Source of the DNA: an uncultured Vicinamibacterales bacterium
GTDB lineage: Bacteria; Acidobacteriota; Vicinamibacteria; Vicinamibacterales; JAHECP01
Length of the DNA stretch: 53,043 nt
Assembly (NCBI GenBank): GCA_964478975.1
Contig: CAYZKQ010000002.1
Coordinates: 1 to 53,043 of the forward strand
Direction: 5' to 3'
A program made the position numbers and the translations under genes. This document shows, in pieces, positions 1 through 9,104 of this stretch (positions within the stretch are counted from its first letter, which is position 1; the number at the start of each line of letters is the position of its first letter). Under the pieces are notes generated by a model that was not told where the DNA came from, searched no databases, and saw only the letters and a list, made by a program, of their open reading frames with translations.

Positions 1-1882
1 CGAGGCGCGCGAGGAGTTCCACCCGCGCCATCGAATCCAGCCCGAGGTCGAGCTCGAGGTGGGCGTCGGGGTGCAGCGGCCGTCCGGGCCCGACCGCCTC
101 GCGGACCAGGGCCAGCGCGCGGGCGACGTCCGGCTCGGCGGCCCAGGCCGCGTCCGCCGCGGTCCACGCGCGCGCGGTCTGGTCCGGCTGCGCCGTCCCG
201 CGGGCGACCCGGGCGGCCACCTCGAACCGCTTCACCTTCCCGGTCGCCGTGCGCGGCAGCGGCTCGAAGGTGATCTCGAAGCTCTGGAGGCGCTGGTCCG
301 GAGGGAGCTGGACGCCGAGGCCCTCGATCTCGAACCGCACCAACTCCCGCACGTTCGCGATCCGGCGGTCCCGCAAGACGTCGAGGTCGGGGACGACCAC
401 CGCGTGGAGGCGCTCGGCGGCCGGGCCGTCGCCCACGGCCCCCACGACGCAGAGTTCGCGGATGAACGGCGAGCGGCCGTAGTGCGCCTCGACGTCCTCG
501 GGACAGACGTTCTTGCCCGAGGCCAGCACGATCACGTCTTTCCGTCGTCCCGTGAGATGCAGGCGGCCGGCGGCGTCGAGGTATCCCAAATCGCCCGTGC
601 GCAACCAGCCGTCCTCGAGCACCGCCGCCGTGGCGTCGGGGCGTCCGTGGTACCCGGCCATCACGATGGGGCCGCGGATGGCGATTTCGCCGCCGCGGCT
701 TCCGGCGCCGGCCTCGTCGGCCGGCAGGATGCGGATCTCGACGCCGGGCAGTGGGTGGCCGACCGCGTCGAGGCGGGCGTCGCCCGGCCGGGTGAGGGTG
801 GCGGCGCCGGCGCACTCGGTCAGGCCGTACGCCTGGAGGATGTCGAACCCGAGGCGGTAGAGGTCGCGGCCGACGGCGGGGTCGAAGCGCGACCCGCCGG
901 TCACGAGCCACCGCATACGCGGGCCGAGCACGCGGTGGACGCGGGCGAAGACGAGGCGTCCGAAGTTGAGGCCGAGGCCCGCTCGCAGCCAGCCGTTGAT
1001 CGCGAGCAGGGCGCGGAACGCCGACCGCTCGAGGCGCCCCGCCGCGGCGACTTCGGCCATGACGCGCCGGTGGAGGAGGTAGAAAAACTGCGGAACACAA
1101 CAGAACGCCGTGATGGCCCGCTCGCGGAGCGCGCGGAGCAGCTCCGTTGTGTCGACGGACTCCAGCAAGACGACGCGCGCGCCGACGGCGAACGGGAGAA
1201 GCAGGTTGGCTACCAGGGCCAGGGCGTGGAACAACGGGAGCACCCCCAGCACCGCGTCGCGCTCGTCCACCTGGACGACTTGCAGCGCCGCCGCGCGCTC
1301 GGCGAGCAGGTTGCCGTGGGTCAGGCACACGCCCTTCGGGTCGCTCGTGGTGCCCGAGGTGTACAGGATCACGGCGACATCGTCCGGTCCCGCCGGGCAC
1401 GCCGCGGGTGCCGCGGCGGGCGGGCCGGCGCCTGCCTCCCAGGCGTCCTCGAGGGTCGCGACGCCGTCGCCCCGACCGTGGAGCAGGATCGGCGCCGGCC
1501 CGTCCGGGAGAGCGGCCGCCGCCGCGTCCGTCGCGGCCGCCCAGTACCGCGGCGCGGCCAGGAGCGCGCGGGGCTGGCAGTCGCGAAGGAGCCGGGCCGC
1601 CTGGGCGGCGGTGTACGAGACGTCCAGGGGAACGGCGACGCCACCCAGACGCCAGATGGCGAGGCACGCGGCGCAGAACCGGTGGTCGTTCGGGGCCAGC
1701 ACGGCCAGGCGGTCGCCGGCGCCGTAGCCGCGCGCGGCGAGCCAGCCGGCGGCGCGGGCGACCATGCGGTCAAGCTGCGCGTACGTGTAGGATTCCAGCC
1801 GGTCCCGGCGCTGCACCTCGACAGCCGGGCGGTGCGGCACCCGCGCGGCGGTGGCGGCGAACGCCTCGAAGAGGTTGCGCAT
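1..1882 (-). CDS. AMP-dependent acyl-CoA synthetase/ligase fused to a C-terminal carrier (ACP/PCP-like) domain; 3' end runs off the window
   Basis: The reverse frame is open from ATG (complement of 1880-1882) to the window edge, so it has no stop and is absent from the ORF track. My translation shows ILYTSGTTSDPKGV, QAYGLTE, LRTGDLGYLD, GRRKDVI and PRTATGKVKR. These are followed by the carrier-domain Ser site LGLDSMARVELL. Confidence 0.85.
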   Translation of the reverse strand, partial: MRNLFEAFAATAARVPHRPAVEVQRRDRLESYTYAQLDRMVARAAGWLAARGYGAGDRLAVLAPNDHRFCAACLAIWRLGGVAVPLDVSYTAAQAARLLRDCQPRALLAAPRYWAAATDAAAAALPDGPAPILLHGRGDGVATLEDAWEAGAGPPAAAPAACPAGPDDVAVILYTSGTTSDPKGVCLTHGNLLAERAAALQVVQVDERDAVLGVLPLFHALALVANLLLPFAVGARVVLLESVDTTELLRALRERAITAFCCVPQFFYLLHRRVMAEVAAAGRLERSAFRALLAINGWLRAGLGLNFGRLVFARVHRVLGPRMRWLVTGGSRFDPAVGRDLYRLGFDILQAYGLTECAGAATLTRPGDARLDAVGHPLPGVEIRILPADEAGAGSRGGEIAIRGPIVMAGYHGRPDATAAVLEDGWLRTGDLGYLDAAGRLHLTGRRKDVIVLASGKNVCPEDVEAHYGRSPFIRELCVVGAVGDGPAAERLHAVVVPDLDVLRDRRIANVRELVRFEIEGLGVQLPPDQRLQSFEITFEPLPRTATGKVKRFEVAARVARGTAQPDQTARAWTAADAAWAAEPDVARALALVREAVGPGRPLHPDAHLELDLGLDSMARVELLARL

Positions 1883-1923
1883 CGAACGACGGAGGGGCAG
1901 GATATCACGGCAGGAGAGGCGCC

Positions 1924-3138
1924 ATGAAGGTTGCCCGACGCGCGTTCCTGGAGGCGGTGGTGGTCGCGCCGGCGCTCCCGCAGGTCGAGCGGGGCCGCGC
2001 GCGTGTCGAGACGACCCCCCGGTCGGCGTGGTTCGACCCGTGGGTGGAGGTGCGCGCGGATCATCTGCGGCACAACGTCGCCGAGGTGGCCCGGCGCGTG
2101 GGCGGGCGGCCGATCCTGGCCGTCATCAAGAACAACGGGTACGGCGGCGGGGTCGTCGAAGTGGCCCGGGTGCTCGAGCCGCTGGCGAGTGTCGCGGGCC
2201 TCGCGGTGGTGAAGCTGCAGGAGGCCGTGACGCTGCGCGACGCGGGGATCCGCAAGCCGATCCTGCTCATGGGACCCTTCGACGAGCGGGATCTGGAAGA
2301 GGCCGCCGCGCGCGACATCATGCCGATGGTCTACACCCCCATCGGCCCGGCGCTCGACCGCGTGGCGGCGGCGCTCGGCCGGCCGGTGCGGATCCACGTC
2401 TGTGTGGACACGGGGATCGGGCGGGTGGGCGTCCCGTTCCGGGAGGCCGCCCCGCTCGTCCGCGACCTGGCGGGACGCCGGTCGGTCGTGATCGACGGGA
2501 TCATGATGACGTTCACGGAGGACCCGGCTTTCGACCGGGAACAGCTCGCCCGGTTCGAGAGGTTGTGCCGGAGCCTGGCCGCCGAGGGCCTGGCGCTCGG
2601 CCGCCGCCACGCGGCATCGAGCTTCGCGCTCTTTCAGCATCCCGACGCGTTCCTCGACATGGTCCGGCCCGGCATGGCGCTGTTCGGGGTGTATTCGGAG
2701 CCGGAGTTCCGGAGCCTGGGCGTGCTGGATCTCCGGCCGGCGCTGGCGCTGAGGGCGCGCGTCATTTATGTCAAGCGGCTCCGGGCCGGCGAGAGCGCCG
2801 GGTACAACCGCGCCTACGTCGCTCCCCGCGACGTCTGGGTGGCGACGCTCCCGGTCGGGCACGCCGACGGCTGGCCGCGCGCGGCGGCCAAAGGGGCGAC
2901 GGTGCGGATCGGCGAGCGGCGGTATCCGGTGGTCGCGTCGGTGTCGGCCAGCCACACGATCGTCGAGATCGGCGACGAGCCGCGGGTCCGCATCGGCGAC
3001 GAGGCGACGCTGTTCGACTGGCAGGACGGGTCCCGGCCCGAGGACGTGGCCGCCGCTTGCGGGGTCTCGGTCTACGACCTCGCGATGCACCTGAACCCGC
3101 TCCTGCCGCGGCGGGTCAGGCCGAGCGGTGGCGTATAA
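1924..3138 (+). CDS. alr: Alanine (or broad-spectrum amino-acid) racemase with a twin-arginine-like N-terminal signal
   Basis: This is the real part of ORF 1147..3138, starting at ATG 1924 (MKVARRAFLEAVVVAPALP). It carries the PLP-Lys motif AVIKNNGYGGG, plus VDTGIGRVG and PVGHADGWPR, all typical of the Alr family. Confidence 0.9.
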   Translation: MKVARRAFLEAVVVAPALPQVERGRARVETTPRSAWFDPWVEVRADHLRHNVAEVARRVGGRPILAVIKNNGYGGGVVEVARVLEPLASVAGLAVVKLQEAVTLRDAGIRKPILLMGPFDERDLEEAAARDIMPMVYTPIGPALDRVAAALGRPVRIHVCVDTGIGRVGVPFREAAPLVRDLAGRRSVVIDGIMMTFTEDPAFDREQLARFERLCRSLAAEGLALGRRHAASSFALFQHPDAFLDMVRPGMALFGVYSEPEFRSLGVLDLRPALALRARVIYVKRLRAGESAGYNRAYVAPRDVWVATLPVGHADGWPRAAAKGATVRIGERRYPVVASVSASHTIVEIGDEPRVRIGDEATLFDWQDGSRPEDVAAACGVSVYDLAMHLNPLLPRRVRPSGGV

Positions 3139-3139
3139 T
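3134..3139 (+). promoter_or_regulatory. Perfect TATAAT -10 box upstream of the peroxiredoxin gene (no convincing -35)
   Basis: gcgTATAATggg stands out in a GC-rich background. It lies about 32 nt upstream of ATG 3171, which has the SD gaaggag at 3156-3162. Confidence 0.35.
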
Positions 3140-3170
3140 GGGGGCTCTCTTTCGCGAAGGAGTGCCGCCG

Positions 3171-3719
3171 ATGTTCAAGGTCATGGCCGTGGGTGTCATG
3201 CTCGCCGCCGGCGCCGCGGCGGTCGCCGCCGTCCTCGGGGCCTGGGCGGGCGAGGAGCTCAAACCGGGCGACCCGGCGCCGCCGTTCGCCCTGGTCGGTT
3301 CCGACGGCAAGGTCCACCGCCTGGCCGACCTCCGGGGCAGGACGGTCGTGCTGGCGTGGTTCCCCAAAGCGTTCACCAGCGGCTGAACGGCCGAATGCCA
3401 GTCGCTCCGGGCGAGCGGCGAGCAGATCAGGCAGTTCGACGTCGTCTATTTCATGGTGAGCGTGGACGATCCGGAGACCAACAAGAAATTCGCCGAGGCA
3501 CACGGGGCGGATTTTCCCATCCTGAGCGACCCGGACAAGCAGGTCGCCGAGGCGTACGGCGTGCTGGCGCCGGGGCGCGGCGTCGCGAGCCGGTGGACGT
3601 TCTACATCGGTCCGGACGGGCGCATTCTCGACATCGACAAGCAGGTCAAGCCGGCGACGGCGGGCGCGGACATGGTGGCGCGGCTGACGGCCCTGGGGGT
3701 GAAGAAGCGCGCTGGCTGA
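3171..3719 (+). CDS. Secreted AhpC/TSA (Bcp-like) peroxiredoxin with in-frame UGA (3384-3386) read as selenocysteine at the peroxidatic position
   Basis: ORF tails 1851..3386 and 3453..3719 are in the same frame (both start at a multiple of 3), with no other stop between them. The joined product reads ...VVLAWFPKAFTSG-U-TAECQSLRASGEQIRQFDVVYFMVSVDDPETNKKFAEAHGADFPILSD..., so U sits where Prx/Bcp proteins have FTxxC. There is a signal peptide (MFKVMAVGVMLAAGAAAVAAVLGAWAG) and an SD before ATG 3171. Confidence 0.8.
3401..3419 (+). promoter_or_regulatory. Candidate bacterial SECIS stem-loop
   Basis: gtcgctc-cgggc-gagcggc forms a 7-bp stem (one G-U pair) with a 5-nt G-rich loop. It begins 15 nt after UGA 3384-3386. 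Confidence 0.5.
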
Positions 3720-3796
3720 CGCGGCCGCCGGTGGGCGCTTGACAGACGGCGTCCGGCTTCCGATCTTTCAGAGGAGGTGGCCCGGCGGCCGCCGGG

Positions 3797-4825
3797 TTAC
3801 CTCGCCGACTCGAACACGCGCGCGATCTCGTCCCGGACAGGAGCTTCGAGGGGTTCCGTGCGGTCCTCCCACTCGACGCGCACGCCCTCGCCTGGCGGCC
3901 GGACTTCCGCCACGACCGTGGCGGGAATCCCTGCACCCGCTAACGCCACCCTGATCGTCTCGATGTCTTCCGGCGGCGCCGCCACGAGCAGCGCCCCGGA
4001 GGCGATGAGCCGCCAGGGATCGAGGCCGAGGACGCGGCAGACCGCGCGTGTCTCGGGCAGCACGGGGACGCGGGGGCCGAAGACGCGCAGGCCGCAGCCG
4101 CCGGCCTGGGCGAGCTCGACGAGGCCCGCCGCGACGCCCCCCTCCGTCGGGTCGTGCATGGCGTGGACGCCGCCGGCGTCGGCGGCGGTGAGCGCCGCTT
4201 TCACCACGGCGATGCCCGGCGCGTCCAGCAGGCGCGCGGCCGCGGCGATCTCGGCGTCGGTCAGGGAGGCGGCCAGCCGGTCGCGGCACTCGCGGGCGAG
4301 AATGGCCGTGCCCTCGATGGCGGCGCCGTGCGTCAGGAGGACGAGGTCGCCGGGCGCCAGCCGCGTCTTCCGCACGAGCCGGTGGGTCTCGGTTTCCCCC
4401 AGCATCTGGCCGACGGCGACCGGGCGGCCGAGACCGGCCGTGATCTCCGTGTGCCCGCCGGCCAGCACCGCTCCGACGGCGTCGCACGCGCGGCGGACGT
4501 CGCGCATGATGGCGAGCGCCAGCTCGGGGGTGGCGGCGGCTTCGGGCAAGAGTAGCACCACCGAAAACCACCGGGGCCGGGCGCCCAGCACCGCGACGTC
4601 GTTGGCGTTGACAAACACCACGTACTCGCCCAGCCGGTCGGTGGCGAACGTCACCGGGTCCGTCGCGACGACGAGCGCGCGGTCCGCGTCGAGGGCGATG
4701 ACCGCCGCGTCCTCGCCGGGACGAGGGCCGACCAGGAGGCGATCGTCCCGCGACGCGACGGCCGCGAGCAGGCCCTCGAGGTCAGCCGCGGGGAGTTTGC
4801 CGACCGGAAGAGGCGAGCGGGGCAC
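3797..4825 (-). CDS. HypE-like / AIR-synthase-related (PurM superfamily) protein
   Basis: This is the C-terminal 342 codons of artefactual ORF 3797..7555. It shows PLPVGKLPAADLEGLL, VNANDVAVLGARPRW, GGHTEIT and HDPTEGGVA, which match HypE-type motifs, but the C-terminal PRIC is absent. The start is assigned to GTG 4825 and is uncertain. Confidence 0.75.
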   Translation of the reverse strand: MPRSPLPVGKLPAADLEGLLAAVASRDDRLLVGPRPGEDAAVIALDADRALVVATDPVTFATDRLGEYVVFVNANDVAVLGARPRWFSVVLLLPEAAATPELALAIMRDVRRACDAVGAVLAGGHTEITAGLGRPVAVGQMLGETETHRLVRKTRLAPGDLVLLTHGAAIEGTAILARECRDRLAASLTDAEIAAAARLLDAPGIAVVKAALTAADAGGVHAMHDPTEGGVAAGLVELAQAGGCGLRVFGPRVPVLPETRAVCRVLGLDPWRLIASGALLVAAPPEDIETIRVALAGAGIPATVVAEVRPPGEGVRVEWEDRTEPLEAPVRDEIARVFESAR

Positions 4826-4949
4826 GTCGAGGGCGATTGTAGCGGAAGCGCGACGTGCCGGGGTTCCGGCTGCGGTGCCGCCGGAGACCCGGGGCTGAGG
4901 CGCCCCCCCGGCCGGATCCCGGGCGATCGGTTCCAGCGCGCGGGGGCGG

Positions 4950-4964
4950 CGGCATCGAACTTGC
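4950..4964 (+). promoter_or_regulatory. Candidate sigma54 (-24/-12) promoter
   Basis: cGGCAT-cgaac-TTGC has the correct GG-N10-GC spacing. It lies about 38 nt upstream of ATG 5002, which has the SD ggaggag. Confidence 0.4.
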
Positions 4965-5001
4965 GGCAGCGTTCGGCGTTCAAGTTGGAGGAGGGTGACC
5001 G

Positions 5002-5292
5002 ATGGGTACCCAGCCGGCGGTCGTGCCCGCCCCTCCCCCCACCAGGCTGGTCCGCTCACCGGGCTATGTCGGGCCCGAGCGTCGCAACCTGGCGTCGAGG
5101 GAGCACCTGGTTCGACGGGTCCGGAGCGAGTTCGAGGAGATGCCCGGGCTGCACTTGACCCTGGCGCAGGCGCGCGTCCTCCTCGGGCTCGAAGCCGGCT
5201 GTTGCCAGCGCGTGCTGGACGAGCTGGTGCGCGAGGGCTTTCTCGTACGGACCCGCAGCAACCAGTACGCCCGGCGGGATGTGGGCCTCTGA
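5002..5292 (+). CDS. Small (96 aa) hypothetical protein, probable winged-helix DNA-binding fold
   Basis: It has a strong SD (ggaggagggtgaccgATG) and non-artefactual composition. The C-terminal segment LTLAQARVLLGLEAGCCQRVLDELVREGFLV looks like a wHTH. Confidence 0.6.
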   Translation: MGTQPAVVPAPPPTRLVRSPGYVGPERRNLASREHLVRRVRSEFEEMPGLHLTLAQARVLLGLEAGCCQRVLDELVREGFLVRTRSNQYARRDVGL

Positions 5293-5331
5293 GGACGTGA
5301 GGCAGCGCGTTCGCCGCGGGCCGGTGCCCCG

Positions 5332-6450
5332 TCAGGCTCCGTCGTCCAGGACGGCGGACACCTTCGCGGTGTCCAGGAGGCGATCCTGCGCCCGCACGGC
5401 CGGATGGAGCGCGACCTTCACGACGCCGTCCCGGCGCGCGGCGAGGAGCTCCAGCGCGTCGGGCAGCTCCTCCAAGGCGAACTCGTGCGTCACCAGGGGT
5501 GAGAGGTCGATGCGGCGGTGCGCGACGAGCGCCAGGAGCCGCCGCATTCGATCCTTTCCCCCCGGGCACAGGCTCGTGACCACGCGCTTGTCGCCGATGC
5601 CGGCCGCGAATCCGTCCACCGGCGCCACGACCTTGCCGGCGTAGACACCGAGACTCGAGAGCGTTCCGCCCGGGCGGAGGGCGCGCAGGGCCGTCTCGAA
5701 GGTGGAGACGCTCCCGACGGCCTCGATGGCGACATCGACGCCCCGCCCGTCCGTGAGGCGCCGGAGGCGCTCGAGCGGGTCGACCTCGCGGGCGTGGAGC
5801 GGAACGGTCACACCGAACTGTCGGGCGAGGCCCAAGCGTTCCTCCACGACGTCGATTCCCACGACGAGGGCGGCGCCGCGCAGCGACGCCCCGAGTGCGG
5901 CACAGAGGCCGACGGGACCGAGGCCGAAGACGGCGACCGCGTCCCCCAGGCGGACCGGATCGGCGCCGGCGAGCCCGGACGAGAAGACGTGCACGACCGG
6001 GAGCACCTGGGTGTCGGCGAGGCCGCCGGGGATCTTGGCGAGGTTGGCGCGCGCATAGGGCACGCGCACATACTCGGCCCAGGCGCCGTCGATCGTGCGG
6101 CCGAGGCGCCAGCCGCCGAGGGCGCCGCCGCACTGGGCATGGGCGCCGCTCAGGCACTGGAAGCACTGTCCGCACGGCGTCACAGCCGGGACGACGACCC
6201 GATCCCCTACGGTGAATTCGTCTTCGAGCTCCGGTCCGAGGCGTTCGATGATGCCGACGGGCTCGTGCCCGAGCACCAGGTTGCGCGGGACGTGCGGCCC
6301 CAGGCCCTGCAGGATCCGGAGGTCGGTGCTGCAGATGCTCGTCGTCGTGACGCGGACGAGCGCTTCGCCGGGGCCGGGCACCGGCTTGGGACGCTCCTCG
6401 ATGAGGACCCGGCCGGCGCCTCGATAGACGGCGGCTTTCATGGACTCCAT
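5332..6450 (-). CDS. Zinc-dependent alcohol dehydrogenase (MDR family)
   Basis: GHEPVGIIE (catalytic Zn), CGQCFQCLSGAHAQC (structural Zn) and the GLGPVG Rossmann motif are present. The start is ATG 6450 or 6441. Confidence 0.9.
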   Translation of the reverse strand: MESMKAAVYRGAGRVLIEERPKPVPGPGEALVRVTTTSICSTDLRILQGLGPHVPRNLVLGHEPVGIIERLGPELEDEFTVGDRVVVPAVTPCGQCFQCLSGAHAQCGGALGGWRLGRTIDGAWAEYVRVPYARANLAKIPGGLADTQVLPVVHVFSSGLAGADPVRLGDAVAVFGLGPVGLCAALGASLRGAALVVGIDVVEERLGLARQFGVTVPLHAREVDPLERLRRLTDGRGVDVAIEAVGSVSTFETALRALRPGGTLSSLGVYAGKVVAPVDGFAAGIGDKRVVTSLCPGGKDRMRRLLALVAHRRIDLSPLVTHEFALEELPDALELLAARRDGVVKVALHPAVRAQDRLLDTAKVSAVLDDGA

Positions 6451-6505
6451 GGGTCGGGTCTCCGTCTCCCCGCGGACGCGATGCGGGGTGCCGCGGGGGG
6501 GTGCC

Positions 6506-6520
6506 GCAAGGCTCGTGCCA
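6506..6520 (-). promoter_or_regulatory. Sigma54 (-24/-12) promoter for the Zn-ADH gene
   Basis: The reverse strand reads TGGCAC-gagcc-TTGC, a perfect core consensus, about 55 nt upstream of ATG 6450. Confidence 0.6.
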
Positions 6521-6702
6521 TCCCGTGCGTCCGCGAGGCGAGCGCTGTGAGAGCGCCCGATGTCCGCGGCTCGAGCGGCGCGGAGGCGCGTGTGCCGGCG
6601 CGGCCGGGCGGCGCGCGGTGCCGGGCCGCCGGCGCCTCGAGCCCGCCGCCGCCCGCGGTCTCTGCGCTTCCGGGTTCCGCGTGCGGGCGGTGGGCGCTCG
6701 GG

Positions 6703-7182
6703 TCAGGCCGGCGGCTCGCTCCGGCGCTCTCCCCGTCCTGCGGGCCTGACGGTCAGGACGGGGCACGGCGCTTTCCGGATGACGCGTTCGGTGACGCTGC
6801 CGAGGAGCATGTGGGCGACGGGGCCGCGTCCGTGGGTGCCCATGACGATGAGGTCGGCGGCGGTGTCGACGGCGTAGCCGAGGATTTCGACGAACGGGTG
6901 TCCCACCCGCGTCGCGCACGTGACGGCGAGGGGGCCGCGCTCGGCGGGCGGCAGGAGGCGCTCGAGCTGGGCGAGGGCGTCCTGTTCCCAGCGCTCGAGC
7001 ACGCCGGCGAGCGAGACGCCGAGGGCTTCGGCGGCCCAGGGTTGGACGTAGGGGTCCTGGACGACGTGGAGCAGGTGGAGGTGGCTGCTGAAGGCTTCGG
7101 CGAAGGCCCGGGCGTAGCGGAGGGCCGCGGTGGAGGCGTCGCTGAAGTCGATGGGGACGAGGATCGTGCGCAGGGCGATCAT
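6703..7182 (-). CDS. Universal stress protein (UspA family)
   Basis: MIALRTILVPIDFSDAS...LIVMGTHGRGPVAHMLLGSVTERVIRKAPCPVLTV. It lies 11 nt downstream of the histidine kinase stop. Confidence 0.9.
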   Translation of the reverse strand: MIALRTILVPIDFSDASTAALRYARAFAEAFSSHLHLLHVVQDPYVQPWAAEALGVSLAGVLERWEQDALAQLERLLPPAERGPLAVTCATRVGHPFVEILGYAVDTAADLIVMGTHGRGPVAHMLLGSVTERVIRKAPCPVLTVRPAGRGERRSEPPA

Positions 7183-7193
7183 GGCGTCGCACC

Positions 7194-8981
7194 TCACTCG
7201 GGGGGTGGCGGGAGCGGCAGGGACACGACCACGCGCGTGCCGGTGCCGGGCCACGAGGCCAGTTCGAGGGTGCCGCCGTGGCGTTCGACGATGCGGCGCG
7301 CGGTGGGCAGCCCGAGTCCCGTTCCGCGGTGCTTGGTGGTGAAGAAGGGCTCGAAGACGCGCTCGAGGACGTCCGGTGGGATGCCGGGGCCCTCGTCCTG
7401 GACGATGACTTCGCAGCGGCCGTTTCGCGCGGCGATCGTGACCTCGACGCGACCGCGCCCGCCCATCGCCTGGCCGGCGTTGATGAGCAGGTTGAGAAAG
7501 ACGCGCCGGAGCTGTTCGGCATCGGCCAGAATGGTCGGGCTGTCCCCGTGGACATGGACCTCGACGCCGGCGAGGCCGGGGTCTTTCTTGAGCAGGCCGA
7601 CGGTGGTTTCTACCAGGAGTCGGACGTCGGCGGGGGCGGTTCGGGGTTCCTTCGGGCGGGCGAAGAGCAGGAGGTCTTCGAGCAGCTCGTTGAGGGCGTC
7701 GAGCCGCTCCTGGATGTCCTTGAGCACGGCGCGGTCCCGCTGGTCGGCGGGCAGGCGGGAGCCGAGGATCTGCAGCGCCCCGCGGATGCCGGCGAGCGGG
7801 TTCTTGACCTCGTGGGCCACGATGGCGGCCATCTCGCCCAGCCGGGCGAGCGTGGTCTGCTCGCGCAGCTTGGCCTCGGCGCGCTTGCGCTCGGTGATGT
7901 CGGTGTGGATGGCCATGTACTGGTACGGCTTGCCGCGCTCGTCGAGGAAGGGGACGATGGTCGTGTCCACCCAGTAGATGGTGCCGTCCTTCGCGCGGTT
8001 GCGGATCTCGCCGCGCCAGATGCGGCCGGCGGCGATCGTCTGCCAGAGGGTGCGGAAAAACTCCTTGGAGTGGTAGCGCGAGTTGATCAGGCGGTGGTCT
8101 TCGCCGAGCAGCTCTTCGCGCGTGTACTTCGAGATCTCGCAGAACTTGTCGTTGACGTACTTGATCCGCCCCGCGACGTCCGTGATGGCCACGATCGCCG
8201 ACTGGTCGAGGGCGTACTTCAGGTCGCCGAGGTCCTTGACCGTCGCCTGCAGGCGGCGCTCGGCGTCGCGCTGCTCCGTGATGTCGGTGCCCGAGCTGAG
8301 CGTGCCCACCACGCGGTCCTCCTCGTCCCGCAGGGCCGTGTTGTGCCAGGCGATGAGGCGTTCCTCGCCCGTGCGCGTGACGACGGGATTCTCGTCGTAC
8401 TCCGAGCCCGGCTCGCCCGCCTCGACCCGCGCGCGCAGCGCCCGCAGCTCGGCGCGCAGGCGCTCGGGTACGAACCGGTCGAACCAGTCGCTGCCGACGA
8501 TGTCCGCTTCGTCGTAGCCGAGCAGCGCGGCGCCCTGCCGGTTGATCATAACGACGCGCCCGGCGCGGTCGAGCGCCACGAGGATCACGCCGGCGAGGTC
8601 CAGGTAGCGCTGGGCCTGGGCCGCCGCGCGCTCGGCGTCGCGGGCCGCCCGCCGGTACTGGCGCACGAGCCCCGCCGTGACCCAGATGATGGCCGCCGAG
8701 AGCGCGCGGTTGACGAGGCCCCACACCAGGTGGTCGCCGGGCGGGACGAGCACCGCGCTGAGCGCGATGCCGGCGGTCGCCACGCCGGCGGCGGCGACGG
8801 GGACGCGCGGGTCCCGCGCGCGGAGGCCTAGCAGGACCACGATCAGGTAGAGCGACCCGACGGCGACCTCGTACGGGACGCGGAGACTGGCGGCGAAAAT
8901 GGCTGCCGTCAAGCCGGCAGCCACGGCGAGGAGGCGCCGTTCCGCGGCGGCGGGGGGCCGAGGGGCAGGCTGGGGCGTCAT
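7194..8981 (-). CDS. Membrane PAS/PAS sensor histidine kinase
   Basis: TM segments, two PAS regions (e.g. YALDQSAIVAITD...INSRYHSKEFF), the H-box VAHEVKNPLAGI, and N/G boxes LNLLINAGQA and GTGLGL are present. The ORF extends to 9020; I prefer the ATG at 8981. Confidence 0.9.
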   Translation of the reverse strand: MTPQPAPRPPAAAERRLLAVAAGLTAAIFAASLRVPYEVAVGSLYLIVVLLGLRARDPRVPVAAAGVATAGIALSAVLVPPGDHLVWGLVNRALSAAIIWVTAGLVRQYRRAARDAERAAAQAQRYLDLAGVILVALDRAGRVVMINRQGAALLGYDEADIVGSDWFDRFVPERLRAELRALRARVEAGEPGSEYDENPVVTRTGEERLIAWHNTALRDEEDRVVGTLSSGTDITEQRDAERRLQATVKDLGDLKYALDQSAIVAITDVAGRIKYVNDKFCEISKYTREELLGEDHRLINSRYHSKEFFRTLWQTIAAGRIWRGEIRNRAKDGTIYWVDTTIVPFLDERGKPYQYMAIHTDITERKRAEAKLREQTTLARLGEMAAIVAHEVKNPLAGIRGALQILGSRLPADQRDRAVLKDIQERLDALNELLEDLLLFARPKEPRTAPADVRLLVETTVGLLKKDPGLAGVEVHVHGDSPTILADAEQLRRVFLNLLINAGQAMGGRGRVEVTIAARNGRCEVIVQDEGPGIPPDVLERVFEPFFTTKHRGTGLGLPTARRIVERHGGTLELASWPGTGTRVVVSLPLPPPPE

Positions 8982-9104
8982 GGCGCGGGATTTGAAGGGC
9001 GTCTGGCAGGGTGTGTGCACATGGCGTCGTCAGTTCCCCTGGAGTCGCGTCCCGGCGCCGCCCGCGGCGGCTCGGCCGGAGACGCCCCACGGGAAATATT
9101 CGCG

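Noticed and set aside
59-1927. 622-aa plus-strand ORF, with nested ORFs at 249..482, 513..860 and 1110..1727
   Set aside because: Its composition is Arg/Gly/Pro/Ala-rich and it has no motifs. It is antisense to a reverse-strand frame that translates into a textbook AMP-binding enzyme. This is a typical high-GC shadow ORF.
3781-3796. 16-nt GC palindrome cccggcggccgccggg between the convergent prx and hypE-like genes, considered as a bidirectional terminator
   Set aside because: It has no loop-forming spacer and no flanking T/A tracts on either strand. It cannot be distinguished from background GC palindromes.
3797-7555. 1252-aa reverse-strand mega-ORF
   Set aside because: Only the last 342 codons (3797..4825) look like a protein (HypE-like). 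The upstream part is low-complexity R/P/A read-through across the well-supported genes at 5002..5292, 5332..6450 and 6703..7182.
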